From positions 5,024,001 to 5,088,000 of the forward strand of contig OY760937.1 of assembly GCA_963664225.1 (NCBI GenBank): DNA of 64,000 bases, in the 5' to 3' direction. Position 1 is the stretch's first letter; every line of letters starts with the position of its first letter. Origin of the DNA: Verrucomicrobiia bacterium (GTDB lineage: Bacteria > Verrucomicrobiota > Verrucomicrobiia > Limisphaerales > UBA1319). A program made the position numbers and the translations under genes. Shown one piece after another: positions 16,526-25,998 of the stretch. The notes beneath the pieces were generated by a model. The model was not told the origin of the DNA and did not search any database. It was given only the letters and a program-made list of their open reading frames with translations.

Positions 16526-19150
16526 ATGAATACTGAAGCGCCAAAATTTAGCACGGGTCTGCCAGGACTCGACCGGACATTGTGCGGGCTGATCCCCGGC
16601 GACAATGTGGTCTGGCAGGTGGATACCATCGATGACTATCTGCCGTTTGTAACGCCATTTTGGGAGGAGGCGCGCAGGCAGGGGCGCAAGCGGATTTATT
16701 TCCGGTTCGCGCGACATCGGGAACTCATACCGGCGGACGATGACGGGCAGATTTACCGGCTGCATCCGGAGGTTGGATTTGAAAAGTTCCTCACAGAAAT
16801 TCTGGATGTCATCGAGAAAAACGGGCTGGGGGCCTGCTATGTTTTCGATTGGCTGTCCGACCTGGCGGTGGATTGGTACAGCGACCGGATGCTGGGCAAT
16901 TTTTTCATGATTGCCTGCCCGTTTTTATTCGATCTGCAAACCATCGCCTATTTTGGGCTGAGGAAAAATCACCATTCGGTGCATGCCATCGATGGAATCA
17001 CCAATACCGCACAGGTCATTCTCGAAGTGTATCGCAAGAAGGAGCAGTTGTTTCTGCATCCGCGCAAGGTGTGGATGCGGCATTCGCCAACGCTTTACAT
17101 GCTGCAGGTGTGGGAGGGGGAGGAATTTCGTCCGATGACCAGCAGCGCCGTGACCGCGGATATTTTGTCGGGGGTACCCCAGCCGTGGTTGGATTTCAGC
17201 ATACATCGGCCGGGTGTGTGGATCCGGCTGTTTCGTCAGGCGCAAAGCACGTTGAACGCGGTGCGGAATGGAAAGAAATCCCCCACGGAAGCGGCGTCAT
17301 TCTTCAATCGCATTCTGCGCATGGTGGTCACACGGGACGAGCGTTTCGTGAACCTGGCGCGGCAGTATTTTGAATTTGCAGATCTGATCGAGATCATGAA
17401 GCGGATGATCGGGACGGGTTTGATCGGCGGCAAGACGCTGGGCATGCTGCTGGCGCGGGCCATTCTAAAGAAGACCGATCCGCGCTGGAAGGATCGGCTT
17501 GAAGAACACGATTCCTTCTTTATCGGATCGGACGTTTTTTATACGTATCTGGTGCAAAATGGCTGCTGGTGGCTGCGACGCCGACAGAAGGATTTTTCGA
17601 CCCATCTGGAGCGCGCCAAGCAGGCGCGTGAAAAAATTCTTACGGGGCATTTCCCGGATTACATCCAAAAGCAGTTCATGGAGATGATCGAGTATTTCGG
17701 TCAGTCGCCGATCATTGTGCGCTCGAGCAGTCTGCTCGAGGACAATTATGGGAATGCCTTTTCCGGCAAGTACGAGAGCGTGTTTTGCGCCAACCAGGGC
17801 ACGCCCAACGAGCGATTGCAGGCTTTCATGGCCGCGGTGCGCGTCGTATATGCGAGCACGATGAGCCCCGAGGGTCTTGAGTACCGGCTGCACCATGGGT
17901 TGCTGGATCAGGACGAGCAAATGGCCCTGCTGGTGCAGCGCGTGTCGGGCCAGATGTATGACAACCTGTTCCTGCCGCATATCGCCGGGGTGGGTTTTTC
18001 ATTCAATCCGTACGCCTGGAGCGAGGATATCGATCCCAAGTCGGGATTTTTGCGGCTGGTATTCGGGCTGGGCACAAGGGCGGTGGAACGCACCGGAGAC
18101 GATTATACGCGGTTGGTGGCGCTTAATGCGCCTGAAAAACTGCCCGAGTCCAGACCTGGCGAAGCACGTCAATTCAGCCAGAGACGTTTCGATGCGCTGG
18201 ACCTGAAGGCCAACGCGATGACCACGATGCCTTTCGAGGAGGTGATCCGCAAACTCCCTCAGGATTTGCTTTCCAAGCTTGCGGTTTGCGACGAAACGAT
18301 TTTGGAGAACATGCGCCAGGCGAATCGCAATGGCGCCTGCGCCTGGATGCCCGCGTTTGAACCCATACTGCTGGAGACCACGTTCTCAGCCGATATGCGC
18401 CAGATGCTGGCGGTGCTTCAGACCGCGTATCAAAATCCGGTGGATATTGAATTCACGGCTAATTTCATGCCCAACGGGGAATTACGGATCAACCTGGTGC
18501 AATGCCGTCCGTTCCAGGTCAAAATCTCCGGAGAAGGCGACCGCGTCAAATTTCCTGAAAAACTCAATCCATCGGAAATCATACTCGCCTCGGAGGGGCC
18601 GGTTGTGGGTCATAGTCTGGCGACCCAGATCGACCGGCTCATTTTCATCGTGCCATCGGTCTATGGGCAGATGACGCAGGCGCACCGCTATTCTGTGGCG
18701 CGGACCATCGGGCGATTGACGCATCTTGAGGACGCGCCTTTGGGCAAAACGCTGCTTTTGATTGGCCCGGGCCGATGGGGGACATCGATGCCTTCGCTCG
18801 GAGTGCCGGTGTCTTTTGCGGAGATCAATTCGGTCTCGGTATTATGCGAGGTGGCCCTGATGCGCGAGGGATTGGTGCCGGACATCTCACTGGGCACTCA
18901 CTTTTTCAACGATCTTGTTGAGATGGACATGCTTTATCTGGCGATTTCCCCCGAGCGCGGCGGTCACATGCTCAATGAGAAGTTGCTGATGGCCGCGCCG
19001 AATCGCCTGACCCAGTTGCTTCCGGACGCAGCCGCGTGGGAAGCCGGGATCCGGGTCATCGACGGGAACGACCTTTCCAGCGGATCGATCTATCTCAATG
19101 TCGATTCCTTAAAGCAAAGGGCGGTCTGTTACGTGGAAAAACGTTCCTGA
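16526..19150 (+). CDS. PEP synthase/PPDK-type nucleotide-binding domain protein with degenerate RecA/KaiC-like N-terminus
   Basis: STGLPGLDRTL N-terminus; IGGK; IIVRSSSLLED; FSGKYES; MALLVQRVSG; LVFGLGTRAV; DIEF; VQCRP; GPGRWG; SLGTHFF. Confidence 0.8.
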   Translation: MNTEAPKFSTGLPGLDRTLCGLIPGDNVVWQVDTIDDYLPFVTPFWEEARRQGRKRIYFRFARHRELIPADDDGQIYRLHPEVGFEKFLTEILDVIEKNGLGACYVFDWLSDLAVDWYSDRMLGNFFMIACPFLFDLQTIAYFGLRKNHHSVHAIDGITNTAQVILEVYRKKEQLFLHPRKVWMRHSPTLYMLQVWEGEEFRPMTSSAVTADILSGVPQPWLDFSIHRPGVWIRLFRQAQSTLNAVRNGKKSPTEAASFFNRILRMVVTRDERFVNLARQYFEFADLIEIMKRMIGTGLIGGKTLGMLLARAILKKTDPRWKDRLEEHDSFFIGSDVFYTYLVQNGCWWLRRRQKDFSTHLERAKQAREKILTGHFPDYIQKQFMEMIEYFGQSPIIVRSSSLLEDNYGNAFSGKYESVFCANQGTPNERLQAFMAAVRVVYASTMSPEGLEYRLHHGLLDQDEQMALLVQRVSGQMYDNLFLPHIAGVGFSFNPYAWSEDIDPKSGFLRLVFGLGTRAVERTGDDYTRLVALNAPEKLPESRPGEARQFSQRRFDALDLKANAMTTMPFEEVIRKLPQDLLSKLAVCDETILENMRQANRNGACAWMPAFEPILLETTFSADMRQMLAVLQTAYQNPVDIEFTANFMPNGELRINLVQCRPFQVKISGEGDRVKFPEKLNPSEIILASEGPVVGHSLATQIDRLIFIVPSVYGQMTQAHRYSVARTIGRLTHLEDAPLGKTLLLIGPGRWGTSMPSLGVPVSFAEINSVSVLCEVALMREGLVPDISLGTHFFNDLVEMDMLYLAISPERGGHMLNEKLLMAAPNRLTQLLPDAAAWEAGIRVIDGNDLSSGSIYLNVDSLKQRAVCYVEKRS

Positions 19151-19165
19151 TTTTTTTCGAACTGA

Positions 19166-19810
19166 TCATTTTGGGAAACCGACGGCCTGGGCGACGACGA
19201 TATGCTGGTCGGGGCGCAGATTCATGGCCTTGGCCATGGGCGCATGATCCAACTCATGGACCACGCAGGCCAGCCCTTCCGAGGCGCAAAATAAATAGAC
19301 ATTTTGCACGATGGCTCCGGTATCGACCCCGGAGTAAACAGGGCGCGATTCGGGAGCGACCTTGGCCATGCGCACGTAATCGGAGACATAGATCAATTGG
19401 ATCGGCGCCACTTTTCCAAAAGGCTGGCCCGTGCTTAGCGGGCGCACATCCTCATCGGACACCTTGACCATGCGATGGGGTTTGGCGTCATAGCGATAGA
19501 GACCGCCGGCCAGAGCAATGTAAATATCGACGTCCTGGGCATTGACGGCGGAAGGAGCGGTGCGGTGCTCGATTTCCGGTCTGTTGATGCCGAAAGCGGC
19601 CCAAAGTAGATCAGACATTTGTTGCGTGCTGAGGGCGTCGGACTTGAATTCACGGATGCTCTGGCGTTCCTGGAGGGCTTGCATGACCGGTTTGCCGCCG
19701 GTGCGATGCGGGGCGGGAAGGGCACCGTCGAACGCGGCGTCGGCGGCCATCAATACGCTGGCTGCACTGAGCAAAACAAGCCACAAGGTAAGTTTGGTTA
19801 TGTGTTTCAT
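19166..19810 (-). CDS. SagB/ThcOx-like nitroreductase family protein with signal peptide
   Basis: ALQERQSIREF; LLWAAFGINR; RTAPSA; DTGAIVQNVYL; AQAVGFP. Confidence 0.88.
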   Translation of the reverse strand: MKHITKLTLWLVLLSAASVLMAADAAFDGALPAPHRTGGKPVMQALQERQSIREFKSDALSTQQMSDLLWAAFGINRPEIEHRTAPSAVNAQDVDIYIALAGGLYRYDAKPHRMVKVSDEDVRPLSTGQPFGKVAPIQLIYVSDYVRMAKVAPESRPVYSGVDTGAIVQNVYLFCASEGLACVVHELDHAPMAKAMNLRPDQHIVVAQAVGFPK

Positions 19811-19893
19811 GATTGGAAAATGCCATCAGGCAATCCCGAAAGCGATGGTAAAATTGTGTAGATCAATGTTGCAATGCAGCGGCAAAAATGCAA

Positions 19894-22431
19894 TCAGCGT
19901 GTCCGGGCCATGGCGGCGGCGAGGTATTGTTTGGCGGTGGCGTTGTTTGGATCGATGCGCAGGCATTCCCTGAAATGAAAGATGGCCTGTTCGAAGTTCT
20001 GCTGTTTGGCGAACGAGACTCCCAGATTGAAGTGGGCCTCGATGTGGTTGGGATCCAGTCTAACCGCGTCGAGGAAGTGCTGTTGAGCGAGAGGGTCGTT
20101 ACCCTGGCGCCCGAGTTCGAAGCCGAGGCGATTATGGGCCTCGGCGTTCTCAGGTTCGAGTTGCAAGGCGGTGGTGAAATGGGTCATGGCATTGGAGATT
20201 TGTCCAGCGGCGCGCAGGACATTGCCTAAATTGATGTGAAGGGTCGCGTTACTGGGATTTGCCGCCAATTCCGCCTCATAGTTGGCTATGGATTCTGTGA
20301 TTTTGCCTTCACTGGTGAGGATGCGACCCAGGTTCAGCAGGGCGGCCGTATTTCCGGGATTCAGTTTTAACGCCTTGCGGTAATGGTTCTTGGCCTCCTC
20401 GTTCTGGTTGCGATGGGCGCATGCCAGACCCCAATTCACATGGGCGCTGGCGAAATCAGGTTTGTAATGAAGCGCCTTTTCATAGTGCGCGATCGCCTCA
20501 TCCGTTCTGTCCAAATCGGCCAAAGCAAGACCCAGGGCATTGTGGACTTCAGGGGAATCGGGTTTCATCGAGAGGGCTTTTTCCAGGGGTTCCAAGGCTT
20601 CCTGACTTCGACCGAGTTCGTCAAGGATGCTGCCCATTTGATAAAAGGCGTTGCGATAGTGGGGCAATAGAACAGCCACTTTGCGCCATTGGACGAGGGA
20701 ATCTTCCTTGCGGCCGCACAGGCTGAGCAACCGGGCCGTATTTTCAACGAGAACCCAGTCACCGGGATCCCTGGCGCTGGCTTGTTCAGCGGTGGCGAGG
20801 GCGGTTTGAAATCCGGGTCCAGCAAGCTCGCTGTGAAACGCTTTTGTTTGCTGTTCAAAGAGCGCAAAGCGCGAGGCGTGGTCGAGTTGGCGGGTGAATG
20901 GCGGCTGGTCGAAACGCTGCTTCATCACCAAGGCCATTTCATGGCGGTTATAATCGGTGAAACCCAGCCGCGTGGCGCAGTTCGTTGCGTCCAGCCAGGA
21001 GCCGTTGGTGGAAGAATTCTGGCGCGCGATTAATTCTGCAAAATCGCGTGCCAGCCAGTAATTGCCCTCGAATTTGAAATGCACATGTTCCCATAAGAAC
21101 TCATCTCCGATGATGTCGTGCGGGGAGCGTTGGGCCAGGGCCTTGCGGAAATCGAGCAGTTGGACCTGCTGAGTGGACCATTTGGCGGCGGTGTTGCGGA
21201 GGATTACGTCCTGGTGTGAATCCGTCCGAAAACGGAGACCATCGCAATCCATTGCCTGAGTGAAATGCCGGGCGGCTACATCGAACTGACCGGCCGCCAT
21301 GGAGGCGCGTCCCATTCGGTAAGCCAGATCAGCAAATTGGTCATCGAGGCTGGCCGCCTGCTGGTAGGAGGCCATGGCTTGGTCAAGTTTTCCGGCGGCT
21401 TCCGCGACGATTCCGTTGGTGTAAAGCTGATTCCAATCGCGGGTTTGTTCCGGCGTCAAACCCTGGCGATGCAGCGAGGCAAAAGGGGGGCAATCCTTGA
21501 GGTTGGCGGCGACCGTGGAGAGAATGACGCAGGCGTGTGACTTGAGTCCCAATCCGACAATATCGTGGAGATTACGCTGAAAATAGTCGTAAACGCGCGG
21601 CATGCGCGGATCTGTGGGGCGGATTTGCTGGTCGAGAAACATCTCCATGCCACCCCAGGACTCGTTGGTGCCGCCACGGGATTTGACGCGCTGCTGGACG
21701 GTGTCAATGAGTTGTCCGATGCGGGTGGTTTTGAGAGCCAGGGCGGCGCGAATCATGGGCAGTGGGGGTGTTTGCTGGCCAAACACGGTGCCCGCGCCAT
21801 AAGGCCCTACGACTTCGTTGTTGCCCATGTAAATGAGCCAGTAATCGGCCTGCAACCGCTGGCAATCCCGCGCGATCTGGAGGATGACGTGGGAGTTGAT
21901 GGCGGTCATGGCGGTGTTGATCACCTCGAAATTGGTGCCAGAAAAGCGGTCTTTGAGCAGGACTTCCAATATGCGGGGGAAACCATAGGCGGGATCGGGA
22001 TCACCATAGGCGGCGGATTCTCCAAAAACAATGATGCGCACGGTGTTGGGCGGCTTGGTTTCCGAAATGAGCATCGGCCGCGGAGTGCGCGCGGCGGCAG
22101 GTGCGAAAAAACGCCATCCGAATTTCTGGTTCTCAACTAGATAACCGGTTTTCGGGCCGGGAATGAAAAAGGAAGTGGGGTAACCGAAGCCAGCCAGGCG
22201 GAGCGTCAGTTCGACCGCGATCAGTAACAGCAGGGGGATCAGGAACAAGGCGAGCAGACGGAAAACTTTGCGGCGGCGGGCGGTCAGGGGCAAAGGCAAT
22301 GGATGGGCCCTGGCGCCTGGTGGGTGTTGTTTTTCACCCCCTGGGGGCAAGCCAGATACGATTGGAGATATCTTGCGGGCCTTAGGTTGTTTCAAAGCGC
22401 AAGGTTTAGTAAATCTCCGCGCGCCCAGCAA
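19894..22431 (-). CDS. Membrane-anchored SGNH-hydrolase-like protein with TPR repeats (true start probably downstream of the ORF start)
   Basis: TM + ELTLRLAGFGY; FGESAAYG; YMGNNEVVGP; WEHVH; many TPRs (AHNRLG, AHFNLG, ALLNLG). Confidence 0.8.
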   Translation of the reverse strand: MLGARRFTKPCALKQPKARKISPIVSGLPPGGEKQHPPGARAHPLPLPLTARRRKVFRLLALFLIPLLLLIAVELTLRLAGFGYPTSFFIPGPKTGYLVENQKFGWRFFAPAAARTPRPMLISETKPPNTVRIIVFGESAAYGDPDPAYGFPRILEVLLKDRFSGTNFEVINTAMTAINSHVILQIARDCQRLQADYWLIYMGNNEVVGPYGAGTVFGQQTPPLPMIRAALALKTTRIGQLIDTVQQRVKSRGGTNESWGGMEMFLDQQIRPTDPRMPRVYDYFQRNLHDIVGLGLKSHACVILSTVAANLKDCPPFASLHRQGLTPEQTRDWNQLYTNGIVAEAAGKLDQAMASYQQAASLDDQFADLAYRMGRASMAAGQFDVAARHFTQAMDCDGLRFRTDSHQDVILRNTAAKWSTQQVQLLDFRKALAQRSPHDIIGDEFLWEHVHFKFEGNYWLARDFAELIARQNSSTNGSWLDATNCATRLGFTDYNRHEMALVMKQRFDQPPFTRQLDHASRFALFEQQTKAFHSELAGPGFQTALATAEQASARDPGDWVLVENTARLLSLCGRKEDSLVQWRKVAVLLPHYRNAFYQMGSILDELGRSQEALEPLEKALSMKPDSPEVHNALGLALADLDRTDEAIAHYEKALHYKPDFASAHVNWGLACAHRNQNEEAKNHYRKALKLNPGNTAALLNLGRILTSEGKITESIANYEAELAANPSNATLHINLGNVLRAAGQISNAMTHFTTALQLEPENAEAHNRLGFELGRQGNDPLAQQHFLDAVRLDPNHIEAHFNLGVSFAKQQNFEQAIFHFRECLRIDPNNATAKQYLAAAMARTR

Positions 22432-22452
22432 TCAAAATACGAATTCGAGCAC

Positions 22453-22483
22453 AAAAAAACGCGGACCTTTTACAAGGCCCGCG
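22453..22483 (-). terminator. Rho-independent terminator
   Basis: Minus strand CGCGGGCCTT-GTAA-AAGGTCCGCG followed by T7. Confidence 0.85.
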
Positions 22484-22508
22484 CTCTCGGAAAACTGAGT
22501 GGTTGGAA

Positions 22509-22961
22509 TTAACCCTGGGGCTGCGCCGGTTCCTGGGGCGGTTGAGCCGCGCCGGGTTGCTGCTGCTGGGGTACGACAAGGATCGGCATGGGGAAACGCA
22601 ATTTCATCACATCGTCCACGAGCACCTCGATATAATAGTTGCCGGGGGTCTTGATTTCCACCTGGCCGAAGACGGTGACATTGGTGGCGTGGTGGGCGGG
22701 GTCCTGGAGGGTGAACTTGACCTTGCTCTGACGGACGAGCGTGGTCTGGTCCGGGGCCACCAGGCGGACGCTTTCTTCAAAGGTGCCGATGCCGGCGGTC
22801 CAGCGATTGAAAACGCAGAGTTTAAAGGCAGTGATGGGCACTTGCGGCACGCGGATGATGCCTAGAATGCCAATGACGATGAAGTTGCCGTTGATTTCCT
22901 GACGGACTTCCTCGCAGAGCAAGGAAGCCTGGAGATCGGGGAGGATGCGTGTTGGATTCAT
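22509..22961 (-). CDS. Conserved hypothetical beta-sandwich protein (DUF6941-like)
   Basis: LLCEEVRQEING..IGI; PGNYYIEVLVD; lies in an operon behind folD. Confidence 0.65.
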   Translation of the reverse strand: MNPTRILPDLQASLLCEEVRQEINGNFIVIGILGIIRVPQVPITAFKLCVFNRWTAGIGTFEESVRLVAPDQTTLVRQSKVKFTLQDPAHHATNVTVFGQVEIKTPGNYYIEVLVDDVMKLRFPMPILVVPQQQQPGAAQPPQEPAQPQG

Positions 22962-22980
22962 ATTATTGAGTTCTAAAAAA

Positions 22981-23862
22981 TCAGAGGGTGGCCTGTTCGG
23001 CGGCCTGAACGGTGTTTCGCATGAGCATGGCAATGGTCATGGGGCCAACGCCACCGGGATTGGGGGTGATCTTCGACGCGATGGGTTGAACGCGCGCAAA
23101 ATCGACGTCTCCCACGAGGCGATAACCATTTTTCGCGGCGGGGTCGTCAATGCGGTTGACGCCCACATCGATAATTACTGCGCCGGGTTTGACCATGTCG
23201 GCCTTAAGAAATTCAGGCACGCCCATTGCGGCAATGATGATGTCCGCGCGTCGGCAATGTGCGGAGATGTCGCGGGTGCGCGAGTGACAGACCGTGACTG
23301 TGGCGTCGGCGTGGCGGGATTTTTGAATCAAAATGGAGGCCATCGGTTTGCCAACGATGTTCCCGCGTCCCAGGATGACGACTTCGGCTCCCGCGATTTT
23401 AACGTCGGAGCGAATGAGCAATTCATGAACGCCGCCGGGGGTGCAGGGGACAAAGCCACCGCGTTCGCCCAGCATCAGTTTGCCGACATTGACCGGATGA
23501 AAACCATCGACATCTTTTGCCGGGGATACGGTGGAGAAAACCCTGGCCTGGTCCATTTGCCGGGGCAGGGGGGCCTGGACGAGGATGCCATGAACGCCGG
23601 GGTTGGCGTTTAATTCGCGCAGGAAATTCAGCAATTCGGCCTCGGTGGTGTTTTCAGGAAACACGCGCGTGGTGGAGGTGATGCCCAGTTTGAGGGACAT
23701 TTTCTCCTTCATTCCCACATAAACCTTGGAGGCGGGGTCTTCCCCAACGCGAACAAAAAAAAGGCCGGGCTGCACGCCCCGGACCTTAAGTATGGAAACA
23801 CGTTGAGCGGTTTCCGCATGAATTTGTTCCGCGATGGCGCGGCCATTAATGAGATTATTCAC
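22981..23862 (-). CDS. folD: Methylenetetrahydrofolate dehydrogenase/cyclohydrolase
   Basis: GEDPASKVYV; GILVQAPLP; KDVDGFHP; PCTP; GRGNIVGKP; TPNPGGVGPMT. Confidence 0.97.
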   Translation of the reverse strand: MNNLINGRAIAEQIHAETAQRVSILKVRGVQPGLFFVRVGEDPASKVYVGMKEKMSLKLGITSTTRVFPENTTEAELLNFLRELNANPGVHGILVQAPLPRQMDQARVFSTVSPAKDVDGFHPVNVGKLMLGERGGFVPCTPGGVHELLIRSDVKIAGAEVVILGRGNIVGKPMASILIQKSRHADATVTVCHSRTRDISAHCRRADIIIAAMGVPEFLKADMVKPGAVIIDVGVNRIDDPAAKNGYRLVGDVDFARVQPIASKITPNPGGVGPMTIAMLMRNTVQAAEQATL

Positions 23863-24868
23863 GGGAATTCGGTGCGGGCTGAAGGAAATCGATTTCGATC
23901 ATCGGCGTGTTCGTCCAGCGTTCGTCCATGTATTCCTCGCCGGTCACGATCACTTTCTGACCGTGAAAACGATCGAGGGATATATTGGTTTTGGAACTAT
24001 GCAAGTAATTGATCAATTCGCCGTTATCGGCGCTCTGCAATTGAAAGAAAGTGGGGGCCTGGATGCTGCCGACCATGTGGACGACGCCTTCACGGCGGAC
24101 TGTGCGCCGGGGGGCGGGCTCATCGATTTCGGCCGGACGAGGCGCCAAAGGAGGAGGCGTGAGCACCGGGGATGGGGCGGTTATGACCGGAATGGTCACC
24201 ACGGGTTTGGCCGGGACCGGGGCTGGCGCATCGTGAGCGGGCACAGCCGGTTGGACTGCTTTTACGCTTTCAACAACGGCAGGCGTGGGCGGGGGAGTGA
24301 CCACGGGAATCTCCACTTTGGCGGGTTCGGGCGTGACGGCTTGTTTTGCCGCGAGTTTAGCCGCAGGGGCTTCGACCACCGCCGGTTTTTCCGCAGCAGC
24401 CTCCAAAAGGTCGCTGGCTAAAAAGGCGTAGGCATTGGTCACGGACTCGATCTCCATCCAATCCTCCTTGGAGCGGATGGGTTTGATGGAATCGCCGCGG
24501 ACCAGAAGTCCGATGACGCTGTAATTTTCACCCGGACCGGCGCGCAGGTTCAGCTTGCGGGCTTTGACGGTGTTGTTGGTGCCGTCAAGAAAGGTGGAAT
24601 TGATCCACAAAGGAACATTGGCGGGCATCTGGATGCGGGCCCATTTCCCGGGTTCGCCAGCTTTGGGCTTGGCGATGGTGATTTCCTCGAGGATGGTCAC
24701 CGATTCACCTTGTTTAAGCTGGGTGACGACTTCGCTGAAGATGGTGGGCTTGCCCCGCACATTAACGATGTCGGCTTTCACCGTGGCGGTTTGAGCCGCT
24801 TGAGAGTGGATGTTGGACAATCCCGCCAGGGCGATGGCGGTCAATACGCGCCAAACGTTTATTTTCAT
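23855..24868 (-). CDS. Secreted protein with two bacterial SH3 domains
   Basis: Signal peptide; VNVRGKP..VVTQLKQGE; LNLRAGPGENYSVIG; Pro-rich linker. Confidence 0.8.
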   Translation of the reverse strand: MKINVWRVLTAIALAGLSNIHSQAAQTATVKADIVNVRGKPTIFSEVVTQLKQGESVTILEEITIAKPKAGEPGKWARIQMPANVPLWINSTFLDGTNNTVKARKLNLRAGPGENYSVIGLLVRGDSIKPIRSKEDWMEIESVTNAYAFLASDLLEAAAEKPAVVEAPAAKLAAKQAVTPEPAKVEIPVVTPPPTPAVVESVKAVQPAVPAHDAPAPVPAKPVVTIPVITAPSPVLTPPPLAPRPAEIDEPAPRRTVRREGVVHMVGSIQAPTFFQLQSADNGELINYLHSSKTNISLDRFHGQKVIVTGEEYMDERWTNTPMIEIDFLQPAPNSRE

Positions 24869-25581
24869 GACCGGGGTAGTAAAGATTTGATTTCGGTTTC
24901 TGTCAAGGTCCGCCATTTGCCCTGGCGAAGTTCGCCAAGCTTGATCGGTCCAATTTGCATCCGGACGAGGCGGGAGACGGCAACTCCAAGGGCTTCAAAG
25001 AGTCTGCGCACTTCGCGGTTCTTGCCTTCGGCCAGTTCCAATTCCACGACGGTGTGGGTATTATTGCGGTCTATCACTCGATAGCGCTCCGCCTTGAGGC
25101 GTTCGCGCATGTGGGTCAGACCCTGCACCATGCGATTCAGTTGGACGTCTTCGACGCGCCCCTCGACCGTGGCCACATATTTTTTGTGAATGCCAAAGCG
25201 GGGATGGGTGAGACGAAGGCAAAAATCTCCGTCGTTGGTGAGGAAGAGCAGTCCTTCACTTTCCAGATCGAGGCGTCCCACGGGGTAAAGCGTCCGCCAT
25301 TCGGCGGGAAGGAAATCAAGGACGGTGGGTCGCTTTTCGGGATCGCTGCGCGTACACAAACAGCCCCGGGGCTTGTTGATGGCGATATAGATCTTCCGGC
25401 GGACCTTCAGGGGGCGGCCATCGACGGTTACATGATCATGCAACGGATCGATTTTAGCGCCCATTTCGCGAATCACCTCTCCATTAACGGTGACGCGGCC
25501 TTCAAGAATGATACTTTCACCGGCACGACGCGAGGCCACCCCTGCTTCAGCAAGGAATTTCTGCAAACGGACGCGCGTCAT
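24865..25581 (-). CDS. rluB: rRNA pseudouridine synthase (RsuA/RluB family)
   Basis: RLQKFLAEAGVASRR S4 domain; NKPRG; YPVGRLD; EGKNREVRR. Confidence 0.88.
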   Translation of the reverse strand: MTRVRLQKFLAEAGVASRRAGESIILEGRVTVNGEVIREMGAKIDPLHDHVTVDGRPLKVRRKIYIAINKPRGCLCTRSDPEKRPTVLDFLPAEWRTLYPVGRLDLESEGLLFLTNDGDFCLRLTHPRFGIHKKYVATVEGRVEDVQLNRMVQGLTHMRERLKAERYRVIDRNNTHTVVELELAEGKNREVRRLFEALGVAVSRLVRMQIGPIKLGELRQGKWRTLTETEIKSLLPRS

Positions 25582-25663
25582 GTGGAAAAATGAAAGCCGC
25601 CAGGACTCAATGAGTTGAACCGCGCGGAGGGGCCTGCCACCGTCCGCACGGGCCGGAAGGAGA

Positions 25664-25819
25664 TTATGCCTCGCCTTTGGTCTTGCGCAGGCCGATGACC
25701 CGGTCGCCGGGTTTCCATTGACCGCGTTTTTTGAGTAACTCGACGCGCTCGAACCGCTTCAATACGTTGCGCTTGGACCCCAAAGTCGTTGCCGCGCGTA
25801 AACTTCTATGCTGTGACAT
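25664..25819 (-). CDS. PVC-superphylum small basic signature protein (51 aa; absent from the ORF track)
   Basis: Manual translation MSQHRSLRAATTLGSKRNVLKRFERVELLKKRGQWKPGDRVIGLRKTKGEA; S.H.SL, RNVLKR.ER, G.W and GL.K motifs. Confidence 0.88.
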   Translation of the reverse strand: MSQHRSLRAATTLGSKRNVLKRFERVELLKKRGQWKPGDRVIGLRKTKGEA

Positions 25820-25998
25820 ATAATTCCACCAATAAAAAAGTTAAACCAAACCCCGCCCTGACTGGGCGCGGAACGGAGTTTTTATCACACCCACATTCAA
25901 ATGCAATCCGTTATTTGGGGACATTGGATTATTTTATAAAAGCCAGGGAAGGCAGATTCTCGCAGCATCGTGCGAATGGCCTGAATTCCAATGTGTAA

